A stretch of DNA of 64,000 nucleotides, taken from contig NIVC01001115.1 of assembly GCA_002269645.1 (NCBI GenBank), forward strand, positions 249,403-313,402, given 5' to 3'. Position numbers and translations under genes: made by a program. Under the pieces are notes generated by a model. It was not told the origin of the DNA, did no database searches, and was given only the letters and a program-made list of their open reading frames with translations. The stretch comes from Macrostomum lignano (taxonomy: Eukaryota). This document shows, in pieces, positions 1 to 12,958 of this stretch. How positions within the stretch are numbered: position 1 is the stretch's first letter; each line of letters starts with the position of its first letter.

Positions 1-931
1 TTAGTTTATCCAAAACTGATTTATATTTTATATAGGCCTATTCCAATATAATCAATATTACTAATACTAGGCACATTGATCATGCCAAAAAATAGGCCTA
101 TGCCACATCCCATAGGTCCTATCCAAATCTATTATTAGGGGCCACCGGGCTCCGCGCGCCTCCGCCTAGGACGACTAGGCCTAATCTACTAGGCCTAGGC
201 CAATGCCCTACTCAAAAAAACTTTAAAAGGTAAAAAAATCGGTCCGGGGTCCTAGCTACATAAACTTGAGATGAGAACAACAACAAAACTTATGAGGCTA
301 AAGGAGAAATGCCACAACAATTCTAAACTTCGGAGTAAGTCAGAAATGGAAAATTCGGAAAACTAGTCGTGCCCTCGATATTTGTTTTCGTTTAAATTTG
401 TATTCGTTGCATTAAATTTAACTTTTTTAAACAAAGATATATATATATATATAGGATGCAAAGTCTGCAAATTATTTACATACAGAAAGCTGCAGTCACA
501 GGAGTTTTTAATAGAAAGTTTTCATATTTGTATAGATACCACTTTATCTAAGTCTTAACAGTTAAAGATTTTTGCACTTAAAATCGCTGATCTTACATGG
601 ATTGAAGTGCAAGTATTGCTGATATAGATATATGTAAATTATGCATGCAAATATAACATTAGATAGATAATAATCCAGGTACGGCTACTGCTTAACTTTA
701 TTTTTTCAACTGTCAAATATTCCATGGTCGTAAGTTTCAGTTAATACAGCGTGATAAACTGACGTGGGTTACTTCTTGCTATTGTTTTATTTAAAATGCA
801 TGTTTACACACTTATGTAACATGTATGACGAATAAGCGAAAAGACGTGGTGTAGCGGTGAATCAGATTAAGTTAAAGTCTATAATTCTAAACAGCAGCCG
901 ACTTCACACTAAGGCCGGTCGGGACATTACA

Positions 932-1253
932 TGTAATTTTATGTTTATTTATTGGCAACTAAAAGTCGGCAAGAGCCGAGCTGTAGATAGGCGGTGGTAG
1001 GCAGAGGCCAAGGAGGCCAGACGGCTAAGGGTCCGAGAGTAGAGAAGGTCGAGAAAGGGGGAGCACGCGCAAGAGTGCGAAGGCGGCCGCGCTGACTGCA
1101 AGCGTTATATTTAAGGTAAACAAGGATAACAATTGGAGACAAGCCTAATCCGATAATGAGACGAAAATCAATCGATAAAAATATCGTGCCAGAATACTGT
1201 AAGTCAATGGACATAGATGGAAACTATACTTTACGGAAAGTACATGTAATACA
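932..1253 (-). mobile_element. Possible solo-LTR-like segment
   Basis: About 320 bp bounded by TG...CA. On the minus strand a TATA-like ttaaatataa is followed by AATAAA about 20 nt before the terminal aattaca. No target-site duplication found. Confidence 0.25.
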
Positions 1254-4052
1254 CACATGTAGCTTTCGTATGAAATTAAAATATAGAATAACTATACTTA
1301 CATCAAGGTGACAAATAACAACAAATACAAAAGTAAACATTTAGCGCTTAATTAATACGAATAGAATTGTTAAAATGGAACGAAGGAATATGTACAATAT
1401 ACAAGTATAGTACGGTATGCGTGCGAAATAAGGATATAGCATATACATAACCACACTGTCACACACATGTATTTTCGCTTGTGATGGGTTTCGGCCTTTT
1501 CGGTCCCTTTCGGGAAGCCTTCGGGCCTCTGTCTCAGAAATAAATCAATTAAAGCCCTGCCCCCCACTCCTGTCAGATGGTCAGCCCCATGGTAGCTTGA
1601 TCTGTGGCGAGCAGTCTAGGTCCTATAGCTAAGAGAGGGACAGCGAGAGACAAGCAGTGAGAATTTTGAAGGTAGAGATCAGCTAATCCGCAGATTAACT
1701 AACCCGCTGCCACCAGCTCGTGCGTCCTGGCTCACCAAACCGGAACTTTCGAAATCGGGCTTCCGACTAGAGGGGGCTTAGCACTTACCTTCCAACTAGT
1801 GTCTTTTTGCTGTCTATCTCGAAGTCATAGCCGATGATAAGGGACACTGCTAACACTTGATCGCATTGGCCATGCAGGTACAGAGGGGACTTGTGCAGGG
1901 GATTCTTGCAGTGGCGAGTCTATGGGGTAGCTACATGTACTATTACATTGCTAAATACGAAGATATGTACTTTTGGCCTTCAACGCGCCAACTAGCCTCT
2001 CATAGCGCTGATGATAGACTAACTCGAACTTCAGAGACCGCATGATTCATCACCCGAGCCGCTTGGCGAACCTAGAGTGCACAAAGTACATCTCTGGCGC
2101 CGATTTTGAACGATTGGCAATTTTGCTCACTGATTTGATTGATTGATCGACTGAGAACTGCCTTGCCATTGGTCCACTGTGACCGGCGCCTACTAGCTTA
2201 GCTACTCATCTGAGCCATCGGCGAACAAAGAAATAAACCGATAAAAATAACTGTCAGATTTAACCTTCTCACTGAATCACTTCACACCTCAGATTGAATT
2301 GGAGTATCAGACTACTAGCAGTATAATTAAGTGATTTCTGCCTCAATAACAACACCGCTGAACAAAATTGGATTAGCTGGATTAGCAAAAGTGTGCGCCT
2401 AATCCAGCTACTGAAATAGGGGACAGACAAAGGGATCACCCAATCAAGCAAGTCTGGGTAGCCTCTCACCCAACCAATCAGAAACTCAACAGCCGGAGAC
2501 CAGGTAATCCACAGTGACCGAATCGGCTTAGTGCTTCGCAGCTGTAGACCCTTCGCAGTCGGAGGATCTCATTCCTCTTTTCTGGCTCCTCTGGTTTCCG
2601 CCATCTCGGCCGTTTTGCCATCTGCGAGTCTGAGAGTAGGCTTTGAGATTAGGCCAGTGGTGTTTAGGGAGCTCTCCGTTAGTTCTGTGTTCCGGTTTCA
2701 TCTTTTCTCTTTTTCCAGAGCTGAGATCCGCTCACCAATTTGCGTTAATAATTATTTGTCAAGCGTTGTATTGCGAATCGCGATATCTAATCTGTGTAAT
2801 TCTGAGTTAATTACAATAAACCATCCGAGTCTTAGTCAGCATCATTTTCAAGATAGGATTACCACTCAATCTAAATTTATCTGGAATTGTATTCAACCGT
2901 GTTATTCATTTTCCAGTACCGTATCTGCGGCTATTGGAGAAAGCTTGGTAGGACTCGCCGACCGGCGATAGGCAAATAGGACTTAATAGCTTTATAAAAT
3001 CTTTAATCGCTCCTGTTAGGTTTGTCTAGTAGGGCCTAAACTATTTGCCGTATCGCAATATATCAAATATTACACTTGGTAAAATAATTTTTATTAGTTT
3101 AAGCAGTACTCAAGTTGCATATATTTATACTCGGCATGGTGTATGTACATGTACCAGACTCGCTACAGCTAACTATTTTAGTAGAATTCAGCACACGTGC
3201 CGGTGACTGAGTTTCACATAGTAGAGTACATACGTACGTCACGCATTTTTGCATGTACGTATAACTGCAGACGCGATCGCAGTACCTCAAGTTAAAGCAT
3301 TCCAATGGACAAACAATTTGAGCGGACACAAAAGCCAAGATCGCAACAAGTAAAAAGTTCCAGTGAATTCTGCACTGTTGTGTGCTGATGAAAAAAGTAT
3401 ATATTAATGCTTCTAAACAATCATTTCAACAAGATAGGGAAGAAAGCGTGTTATAAAATGCACATTAGTGTAACGTGCATGTAAATTTAGTAGCTGTAGT
3501 TTACCGCGTCTGAATAAAGTACAGCATGGCGCTTATAGGACAAAAATGAATACTCATATTGTAGTGACATTTTTACTGAGCGCTTTTGTTTCAATAGAGC
3601 CAGCTTGTAAAGAGCACTTGTGCTGTACATTAATGGAACTCACTGATAAAAGGTTAATAAACAGACACAAAAAGAATACGAAGGTTTTAAAGGCTAAAAT
3701 TAGTTCTGATTTGTTTGTACATGTGTAGGGGGGAGCACTGATACTATGTATGTAAACAACGCACATCCGAGTGAACAGTCGACCCGCAGTTAACTGAATT
3801 TCAATCTTAACTGGACTGGATCTCAAGGACATTAGGACGCGCGGTATCCATGGTCCTAGGCATCGCTACATCTAGCTCGTAGAGGGAATCAGCAGTAAGG
3901 AATGCACTCATTCCGCCTCTCTTGGTGTTGCGAATGCGGAACACTTTATCTGTGAATGCCTCACTTTAAGGACAGGCTCATCTACCTACACCTTGTACCT
4001 TTACCCTCAGTAGCTCCTTCCCCCTTTGTACCTTCACACTTAGTGATTTCAG

Positions 4053-4733
4053 TCAACCCTTGTATGAGTACACCCTGTATGAGTACACCCTGTGTGAGTA
4101 CACCCTGTGTGAGTACACCCTGTATGAGTACACCCTGTGTGAGTACACCCTGTGTGAGTACACCCTGTGTGAGTACACCCTGTGTGAGTACACCCTGTAT
4201 GAGTACACCCTGTGTGAGTACACCCTGTGTGAGTACACCCTGTGTGAGTACACCCTGTATGAGTACACCCTGTATGAGTACACCCTGTATGAGTACACCC
4301 TGTATGAGTACACCCTGTGTGAGTACACCCTGTGTGAGTACACCCTGTGTGAGTACACCCTGTGTGAGTACACCCTGTGTGAGTACACCCTGTATGAGTA
4401 CACCCTGTGTGAGTACACCCTGTGTGAGTACACCCTGTATGAGTACACCCTGTATGAGTACACCCTGTATGAGTACACCCTGTATGAGTACACCCTGTAT
4501 GAGTACACCCTGTATGAGTACACCCTGTATGAGTACACCCTGTATGAATACACCCTGTATGAGTACACCCTGTGTGAGTACACCCTGTATGAGTACACCC
4601 TGTATGAGTACACCCTGTGTGAGTACACCCTGTGTGAGTACACCCTGTATGAGTACACCCTGTATGAGTACACCCTGTGTGAGTACACCCTGTATGAGTA
4701 CACCCTGTGTGAGTACACCCTGTATGAGTACCC
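4053..4733. repeat. 15-bp minisatellite GAGTACACCCTGT(A/G)T, about 45 copies
   Basis: Directly visible tandem array just 3' of the PHKG stop. It explains the STPCM/HTGCT/EYTLY/YSHRV repeat ORFs. Confidence 0.98.
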
Positions 4734-4814
4734 CTATTCTCCGGCTGCAGGCGGACTGTCGTCTTGATTCGCATCAGTGCTCACAGTGCCTGGTTAAAAA
4801 AACAAGAGAATTGT

Positions 4815-7800
4815 CTAAGCCAAGACCGTCTCCTCCTTGCGCAGAGACGTCTCAAACAGAGCAGCCCGGTTCTGACTCTCCGCCTTCTTCACCCAGTGCC
4901 CGTAGACCAGGAAGGCGGTGGAGTCCACCAGGCCGCGCAGTCCGCGCACTCCGTACGGGTCCTGACGAAGTCGACTGGCTGGTAGGCGACGCGGCGTCTG
5001 CGAAGCGGTGCGGCAGCATCGGTGCAGGCGGGCCAGGCAGCGGACCGCCAGGACGGCAGAGCGGAACCTGACTCGCGCAGCTTCGGCTGATGAAGATTGC
5101 TGGCTTGTGCGGGCTGGGCAGTCCTGAGCGGTTGCCGGTAAATAAGGCCAAGATGCGGAAGCGTATGAGGGTGCTGGAGCAGTGGAAGCTGATGGCGCTG
5201 GAGCAGTGGAAGCGGAGGGCGCTGGAGCAGTGGAAGTGGAGGGGGAGGCGGCTAGAACAGTGGAAGTGGAGGGGGCTGAAGATACAGAAGCAGAGAGTGC
5301 TGGAGATGCAAGTGGAGGGTGCTGATTCAGTGGAAGCAGAGGGTGCTGGTGCAGTGGAAGCAGAGGAGTGCTGATGCAGTGGAAGCAGAGGGTGCTGATG
5401 CAGTGGAAGCAGAGGGTGCTGGTGCAGTGGAAGCAGAGGAGTGCTGATGCAGTGGAAGCAGAGGGTGCTGATGCAGTGGAAACAGAGGGTGCTGATGCAG
5501 TGGAAACGGGAGGGTGCTGATGCAGTGGAAACGGGAGGGTGCTGATGCAGTGGAAACGGGAGGGTGCTGATGCAGTGGAAACAGGAGGGTGCTGATGCAG
5601 TGGAAACGGGAGGGTGCTGGTGCAGTGGAAGCAGAGGGTGCTGATGCAGTGGAAGCAGAGGGTGCTGATGCAGTGGAAACGGGAGGGTGCTGATGCAGTG
5701 GAAACGGGAGGGTGCTGGTGCAGTGGAAACGGGAGGGTGCTGAATCAGTGGAAGCAGAGGGTGCTGGTGCAGTGGAAACGGGAAGGTGCTGATGCAGTGG
5801 AAGTTGAGGCTGCTGATGCAGTGGAAGTTGAGGCTGCTGATGCAGTGGAAGCAGAAGGTGCTGAAACCAACGATAGCCAATGCTAGTTGAACCCACCAGT
5901 CAAACGCGGGCCTTACATTTCTGGACAGAAACGGATGCATGAGGGCCTCAGCAGCGGTGAGGCGAATCGCGGGCTTCGGCCGCAGCAGCAGCCTGATGAG
6001 GTCCTTGGCGTGGTCGGAGGACTCCTCCCAGTCGGGCGAGTCCAGACTGAAGCGCGCCTCCATGATCATCCTGAGCATGGTCATCTGGCGACGGTGCCAG
6101 AACGGAGGCGACCCGCTGAGCATGGTGTACATGAGCACGCCGCTAGCCCATAGGTCTACGGGCCTGCGTGAGGGGTGCCAACAGTAGCAGATTTTATCAA
6201 TCAAGTGACATTAATTATATATGGTAGGCTTGATTAAAGAACGACTTTTTTTAGGATGACTGGAAACTTATTTTCTTAGAATCTCAAAATCTGGCTGAAC
6301 ACGAAAAATACACCAGCGACATGAAAGTTGCCTTGGATTTCTATTGGAACGGATTTTGTCAATTCGGCCTTCAAATATTTTCCAAGAAACGAAGCTAACA
6401 AAGCTTGATGTACATCAGCAACAAGTCACTTCACCTGCCGTAGCCGCGAATGTCGCGATCCTCGAACATGTTCACCACGAGAATCTCGGGGCTCAGGTAG
6501 CTGGGAGTGCCGCACAAATCTGTCAGCATGTCATCGCTGTCAATCACAATGGCGAAGCCAAAGTCCGTCAGCTTGATGTTCATATCGGAGTCTAGAAGAA
6601 TGTTCTCTGCTTTCACGTCTCTGTGCACGATATTGCGACTGTGCAGAAAGTCGAGAGCGCTCAGCAGCTGCTTCAACACAGCTCTGGTGCGCTTCTCGGA
6701 CATTCGAACCACTCGGTTCAAGTGCTCGAATAGCTCGCCGTTTGGACAGCTGTGAAGTGGAATTGGGTGACCCCTGACTAGAATTGGGTCGCCCCTGACT
6801 AGAATTGGGTGACCCTGACTAGAATTGGGTGGCCCTGACTAGAATTGGGTGGCCCCTGACTAGAATTGGGTGGCCCCTGACTATAACTGGGTGACCCATG
6901 ACTAGAATTGGGTGACCCTGACTAGAATTGGGTGGCCCCTGACTAGAATTGGGTGGCCCCTGACTAGAATTGGGTGGCCCTGACTAGAATTGGGTGGCCC
7001 CTGACTAGAATTGGGTGGCCCTGACTAGAATTGGGTGGCCCTGACTAGAATTGGGTGGCCCTGACTAGAATTGGGTGACCCCTGACTAGAATTGGGTGAG
7101 ACATGAATAGAATTGGGTGACCTCTGACTAGAATTCGGTGACCCACGACTAGAATTCGGTGACCCACGACTAGAACTCGGTGACCCATGACTAGAATTCG
7201 GTGACCCACGACTAGAATTCGGTGACCCACGACTAGAATTCGGTGACCAACGACTAGAATTGGGCAAACCCATGAGAACTGGGTGACGCATGACTAGAAT
7301 CAGGTGACCCATGACTAGAATTGGGTGACCCATGACTAGAATTGGGTGACCCATGACTAGAATAAGAATTGGGTGACCCTGACTAGAATTGGGTGACCCC
7401 TGACTAGAATTGGGTGACTCCTGACTAGATGAGATATTGTTTACAAAGTGCTCACATTTCAAAAACGAAAAAGATGTAGGCCTCCGTCTCAAAGTTGTCG
7501 TGCAGGCGGATGATGCTGGGGTGACCCTGCACCGTTCGCAGGATTTTCAACTCTCTGATAACCTCCTGACGGTCGGTATTCAGGTTGTTGAGGTCGATGA
7601 TCTTCACAGCGAAGGAGTTGTTGGTGGCGCGCTCCTGGCACCGACGGACCACACTGCTGAGACCGCTGTGCATCCGGATTCGGGCAGAAATAAGTCTGCA
7701 TTATGAAAAACTGATTTCTAGAAATAGAAAACAGCTGTCTACTTACCGGCCAAGAATCTCTTTTGGCTCATACTGGCCATTGAATTTATTATAATATTGT

Positions 7801-7859
7801 TGCTGCTCCTGCTGCTGCTCTGGCTCCCCAGTTGAGCTGTCTTCTCCCAATACCGTCAT
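4815..7859 (-). CDS. PHKG: Phosphorylase kinase gamma (catalytic) subunit. Exons 7747-7859, 7456-7665, 6435-6749, 5917-6163, 4815-5123 (397 aa)
   Basis: Spliced product contains [49 protein letters not shown] and [32 protein letters not shown]. It ends in the PHKG calmodulin-binding tail [38 protein letters not shown]. All four introns are GT..AG and phase-compatible. The exon 5 acceptor (5124) is the least certain. Confidence 0.93.
5168..5865. repeat. 24-bp minisatellite (GCTGATGCAGTGGAAGCAGAGGGT-like) filling PHKG intron 4
   Basis: Tandem degenerate units occupy most of intron 5124-5916. Confidence 0.95.
6762..7425. repeat. 20-22-bp minisatellite (GACTAGAATTGGGTGGCCCCT-like) filling PHKG intron 2
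   Basis: About 30 tandem units within intron 6750-7455. Confidence 0.96.
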
Positions 7860-9241
7860 TCTAGGTCTGGAATGTTGTGTTAGCAGGTTATTTTGGATAA
7901 TTTTATTGTCAGTGTCTCTGAAGGGAATATATTATAGATTTCATAAGGAATTTAGTGAACTACTAGAGCGTTATGGACAAGCAAGCATTCATTCAAGCAT
8001 ACAAACCTCAGAGATTTAGTATATTTAGATTATGGACAAGCATTCAAGCATACAAATCTTAAAGATTTAGTATATTTGGATTTTGATTATTACATATAGA
8101 AAAATTTAAAATAAAAAGTTATTTTAAGATAACAGTCATATATAAAAATGTTTGCTTCAAATTTGTTGTGGGATTTTAAATTATCTAGCTTAGCTATGTA
8201 TACAACTAGTTAAATTGCAATTTGAATAGCAGCTTCCAAACTGTCAAAAACACTTTGAACTGACTGATCATCAGAGCACACAAGAAATTAACCATAACAA
8301 ATAAAATCAATTAAAATGGCAATAAAATACATGAAATAGTATTATAGTAATTAAAATATAAAAATTTTGCGTTTAGCTACTGAGTTTTGGCTTTTGAGGA
8401 CACCGGTTTTCAGGTTTAGCATATTTAGTTTTCAGCAACAAAAATTATGATATCAGGTTGTAACAAATCCATCATACTTTAATGCATACAAAAGATGATC
8501 TTTCGTTTAGTGGTGTAAATCAGTAACTTTTTATCAAAATTATCAAAGTAAAAAAGTAAGCATATTCTATTACTTTATGTCGGTGTTGAAATGGTCAATC
8601 GAGAATGTACACAATTTTATAAAGTTATAAACTCGCTGTTAAGGAAGAACTTCAAAAAATAATAATTTTAACGAAAAAATAAATCGCTTTTTTCTCTATT
8701 CAGTCTATAAAAAGTATCATCAATCTAGTTTTGTTTAAATAAATATTTTTTAAATTTCCATGCGGCACATGCTACTGAGACTGAGCCATTCAGTAGAATT
8801 ATCGCGCGAAGGCACTGCTGGCTTTATGGTTGCTTTTTACATACCTTTAACCATCACTTGATGCTCACTTGAATTAAATACTCTGTAAGATATGCTTTCT
8901 AATGCATGCAGCCTTCTATACACCGAGCAAATTCTTCGTGAGAAGTTGTACACGTTTATTTCCTAAAACCCATATATGAATGAGCATTTCAATACACGCA
9001 CACTGTACGTATGTGGGTTAGTAAAATGATATGCAAATATTAATTCGCGTACCCTATGCCTACACTGTACACCTGTGCACTGTTAGAGTTGCTTAACATA
9101 AAAAGGAAAATGCACAGCAAGAAGTCGTCCCAACTGCTACAGCTGTTTTACATGTACTTGTGCAGTAAAGTACATGCAACTCTGGGAATGCAGGAGTAAT
9201 TATAGTGACTGCACAATCTTCAGTCAGCATCGCTGCAGTCC

Positions 9242-10757
9242 TCACGACGCTCTCTCGTACACGGACACGTAGCCGAGACCACCGCACGGCTCCTTGGCCT
9301 GCGCCTCCTCGTCCGGGCAGCGATTAGCGCAGTTGAATTCTGACGAGCTGGGCAGCCTGGTGAAGCTGTGCCCGCACCAGCACTCCACTATGCCGCGCTC
9401 TGTCGGACTCGAACGAAGGCCGAATAATTCGGTGCCAAGTTCGGCGCACTTTGAGCTGCACTTTGCTTTGTTCATCCTACGACCGGAGCCGCCTGTCAGA
9501 AAATTAATGATTAAAAACAATTACTCTACATGACTAATGGCACTGTCAATGGGGTTTCAACAAAAAAGATTAAAAAGTTGAAATTATCAATTTTTTATCT
9601 TCGTTTCTTAGAAAGCATGTTCTACATGCAGATGACATGTTACGCACGTGCCCTGTAAATGTCGAGAAGGTTTTAGCCTAGAGGTCAGAGCGTCGGACTC
9701 ACGATTTGAAGGTCGGGGGTTCGATCCCGGTCTCACTGGAACAATTGTGTCCTTGAGCAAGACAACTCTCATTGCTTCGCAGTTTACCCAGCCGTAAAAT
9801 GGGTGCCAGCATTAGCTGGGGTAATTGAGGGTGTGTGTGGCGACCCCCTCCCCCAGTCCTTGGACTGAACAGCCGTACGCAGCCTTCAGATGCGCCGTGC
9901 AATAGCTGCGACTGAGCTGTCGGTTGCACATCTGGCCATTTACCAAAAAGGGTCAAATAACCAAAACGGTCCTTCACCAAAATGATTATTCACCAAAACG
10001 GTCATTCAACAAAACGGTCATTCACCAAAATGTTCTTGCATGTAATCTGCAGCAGGTACAGTACAGGTAAAACCAATAGGAGAAACAAATCTGCAGATTC
10101 ACCCTGCTGAAACAGCTTCGATGTTTTATCCGGGATGTCCTCGAAGCAGCCCAGAGGTTTGTGGCCGCTCTTCTGCGCTTCGGCTGGCGAGCTGCTGCCG
10201 TCTGACGCAGGCGAGCCGGTGGGCCTGACGAGTCGGTACGCGGACTGAGTCAGGCCAGCCGCCCCGCTCACCACGGTTTTCATTCCGGAAGCGGCCGATT
10301 TCACACCGGAAGCCGCGGTTTTCACGCCGGAAGCGGCCGTTTTGACGCCAGACCAGGCCCAGCGGAATGGGGTCAGGGCCGTGCCTGCAGTGCGGATTAG
10401 GATGACTGGCTATCTGTCTGTAAGTCTGTCTGTCTGTCTGTCTATCTGCCTGCCTGTCTGTCTGTCTGCCTGCCTGCCTGCCTGTCTGTCTTAGTGTCTG
10501 TCTGTCTGTCTGTCTATCTGCCTGTCTGTCTGTCTTTCTGTCTGCCTTAGTGTCTGTCTGTCTGTCTGTCTGGATCTGTCTTAGTGTCTGTAAGGACGGC
10601 ACTTAATCTCAATTTACATGCACAGGTATTCCATCAATCAAAAATGCACCTTACTGAACTCGAAGGCGTAGCAGCAGTTGTGTTGCGAGCTTCCACAGAG
10701 TATGAGCAGCAGCAGAGTCAGGGAGGCGCTGAGCCTGGACAATCGACAAGTGACCAT
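9242..10757 (-). CDS. Secreted protein with 7-aa repeats and a C-terminal WSC domain. Exons 10655-10757, 10103-10384, 9242-9492 (211 aa)
   Basis: Signal-peptide-like start MVTCRLSRLSASLTLLLLILCGSS, then SGVKTAA-type repeats x4 and a Ser-rich linker. WSC pattern follows: PLGCFED...MNKAKCSSKC...FGL...ECWCG...CANRCP...CGG...VSVY. Both introns are phase 1, GT..AG. Confidence 0.8.
9674..9938 (+). mobile_element. tRNA-derived SINE with CORE-like central domain (copy 1, in WSC gene intron 2)
   Basis: A-box-like tagcctagaggtcagagcg and B-box ggttcgatccc, followed by gtgtccttgagcaagac...cccagccgtaaaatgggt resembling the CORE-SINE domain. A second copy lies in inverse orientation at about 34.3-34.6 kb. 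Confidence 0.75.
9958..10032. repeat. Short tandem repeat CACCAAAACGGTCATT-like, about 4 copies
   Basis: Visible tandem units next to the SINE 3' end. Confidence 0.75.
10405..10590. repeat. (CTGT)n/(CTGC)n microsatellite in WSC gene intron 1
   Basis: Directly visible. It explains the RQTD-repeat ORF. Confidence 0.95.
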
Positions 10758-10856
10758 GGATTCGAGAGCCGGTAAAATCACTAACTTTGCATGAATATTT
10801 TTCTGCAGGCAGCTGGCAGTGAGGGTGCATGTATGTCTATTTTTGGCGTAGAGATC

Positions 10857-11267
10857 TGGTTTGCTTCACTGCTACTGGCCATAGACACTGGGTGCATTTG
10901 CTTCACTGCTACTGGCCATAGACACTGGGTGCATTTGCTTCACTGCTACTGGCCATAGACACTGGGTGCATTTGCTTCACTGCTACTGGCCATAGACACT
11001 GGGTGCATTTGCTTCACTGCTACTGGCCATAGACACTGGGTGCATTTGCTTCACTGCTACTGGCCATAGACACTGGGTGCATTTGCTTCACTGCTACTGG
11101 CCATAGACACTGGGTGCATTTGCTTCACTGCTACTGGGCATAGACACTGGGTGCATTTGCTTCACTGCTACTGGCCATAGACACTGGGTGCATTTGCTTC
11201 ACTGCTACTGGCCATAGACACTGGGTGCATTTGCTTCACTGCTACTGGCCATAGACACTGGGTGCAT
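10857..11267. repeat. 37-bp minisatellite TTTGCTTCACTGCTACTGGCCATAGACACTGGGTGCA, about 11 copies
   Basis: Near-perfect tandem array about 100 bp upstream of the WSC gene ATG. Confidence 0.97.
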
Positions 11268-11726
11268 GGCACTGGTGTCTGGCTTTGTTTTACTTTTAAC
11301 AAATTGCTGAATTCATTGCATTACTCCAAATTGGTTAGATTAGCAATCCATTGTATTCTTCTCACGGAAAACTGAAGCAGGAGGACGTTACAGTGGATTT
11401 TCATGGAAATGATATGCTGGGGAATGCATTCTGGCGTCTTTCTATTGCAGCAGTCCATGGATATTTTATTGACGTAAAAATCAACTAGATTAATCAGTCA
11501 ACTCGAATATAAATAAAGTCTAATGAAAAAAACTTGTTAAAAGGTTTAAGACCAATTCAAATTTTCAGTCTATTGAAGGTCGAATATTAAAGCAATTTTC
11601 TCAAAACTTTAAATTTATAGTTGAAAAATATATTGCAGACAAAACTCTAATAAGATGCAGTAGTAGTTTGTGCGCATTTTATACATAAAACAAAAATAAA
11701 ATCGAGAAAGCATTCGCTATTAAAAA

Positions 11727-12400
11727 TGTTGCAGAAAAAAGACTACAATGTTTAACAAGGCTATAACAAATAGGATCAGAACTGATGATAGAAGTCTTTT
11801 CTGACTAGACTTGACCAGAGTTGTAAAAATAAACAGATAGAGCGCATCCGCGATTTACAATTACAATGGACTCAACAAACCTCACAACTGCTACCTACTC
11901 GTAGAAGTAAAGAGACAATAGAAATCTGGACAACACGCCACCTATAGAAAAGGCACGGAGATCGCAACTGAGGAATTACCCAGCTGCCCACAGCCAATGA
12001 GAATGAGAGCAAAAAATATCAACTAATTGGATCACAGAAGGACGCCGAAAACGAATAATTGATAACGCATTGGCTAATAAAATATTGCAGAAAAAGCTAA
12101 AGATTTTAAACAAGGCTATAGCAAATAGAAACAAGACTGAAGATAAAAATAAATTCTGACTAGACTGAGTTGGAAAGATAAACAGATAGAGTGCTTTTTA
12201 CAACTAAATTTAACAATTTAAGCAATAAAAATATTTCAAACAGCTTCACGCCCGCTAACTAGAATTTGAGGGACAGAAAACTTTAAATTTTACCGCGAGA
12301 AATTACTTGCATGTAGTAAGGCACGGAGAAAAAATAGATCACAACTGGCGATGTCCAGGTGCCCACAGCCAATGAGAATAAGAGCGAAAAATATCGCACA
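11727..12400. repeat. Diverged direct duplication (about 355-bp period)
   Basis: Segments about 11727-12020 and 12083-12400 share ttgcaga...aacaaggctata..caaatag...ctgactagact...taaacagatagag...aaggcacggaga...gcccacagccaatgaga. Confidence 0.8.
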
Positions 12401-12409
12401 GAAAGACGG

Positions 12410-12830
12410 GACAGGAGTCAGCGGAATGGCAGCCAATCAGAATCCGAGAGATAGAATCAGCCAATAGGGTTACACAGACGGGATAGGGGGTCAGCGGAAT
12501 GGCAGGCAATCAGAATCCGAGAGACATTATCAGCCAATAGGGTTACACAGACGGGATATAGGGGTCAGCGGAATGGCAGCCAATCAGAACCCGAGAGACA
12601 TTATCAGCCAATAGGGTTACACAGACGGGATAGGGGTCAGCGGAATGGCAGCCAATCAGAACCCGAGAGACATTATCAGCCAATAGGGTTACACAGACGG
12701 GATAGGGGTCAGCGGAATGGCAGCCAATCAGAGTCCGAAATATAGCATCAGCCAATAGGATTACACAAACGGGATAGGAGTCAACGGAGTGGCAGCCAAT
12801 CAGATTCTGAGAGATAGCATCAGTCAATCA
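12410..12830. repeat. About 72-bp tandem repeat, about 6 copies, two CCAAT boxes per unit
   Basis: Unit gcggaatggcagccaatcagaacccgagagacattatcagccaatagggttacacagacgggataggggtca. Confidence 0.92.
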
Positions 12831-12958
12831 GATGACAGAAGTGAGGAAAGGGGGATAGGGACTGAATGACAGCCAATGAGAAACGAAGAAGAAGCACAAT
12901 AAAGAAGACAGCCAATCAGTTGTTTTCTAAGAAAGCCCCCAGTCAAGATCTGAGCTGC

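Noticed and set aside
1560-3000. Coding or mobile element in the moderately GC-rich block
   Set aside because: The ORFs lack recognisable motifs and I found no terminal repeats.
3956-5071. 371-aa STPC repeat protein and its overlapping ORFs
   Set aside because: Four frames are open across a 15-bp repeat, and the unique tail is the antisense of PHKG exon 5.
4852-6204. 450-aa kinase fused to a His/Pro repeat
   Set aside because: Read-through of PHKG exon 4 into a repeat-filled intron. The true C-terminus is in another frame.
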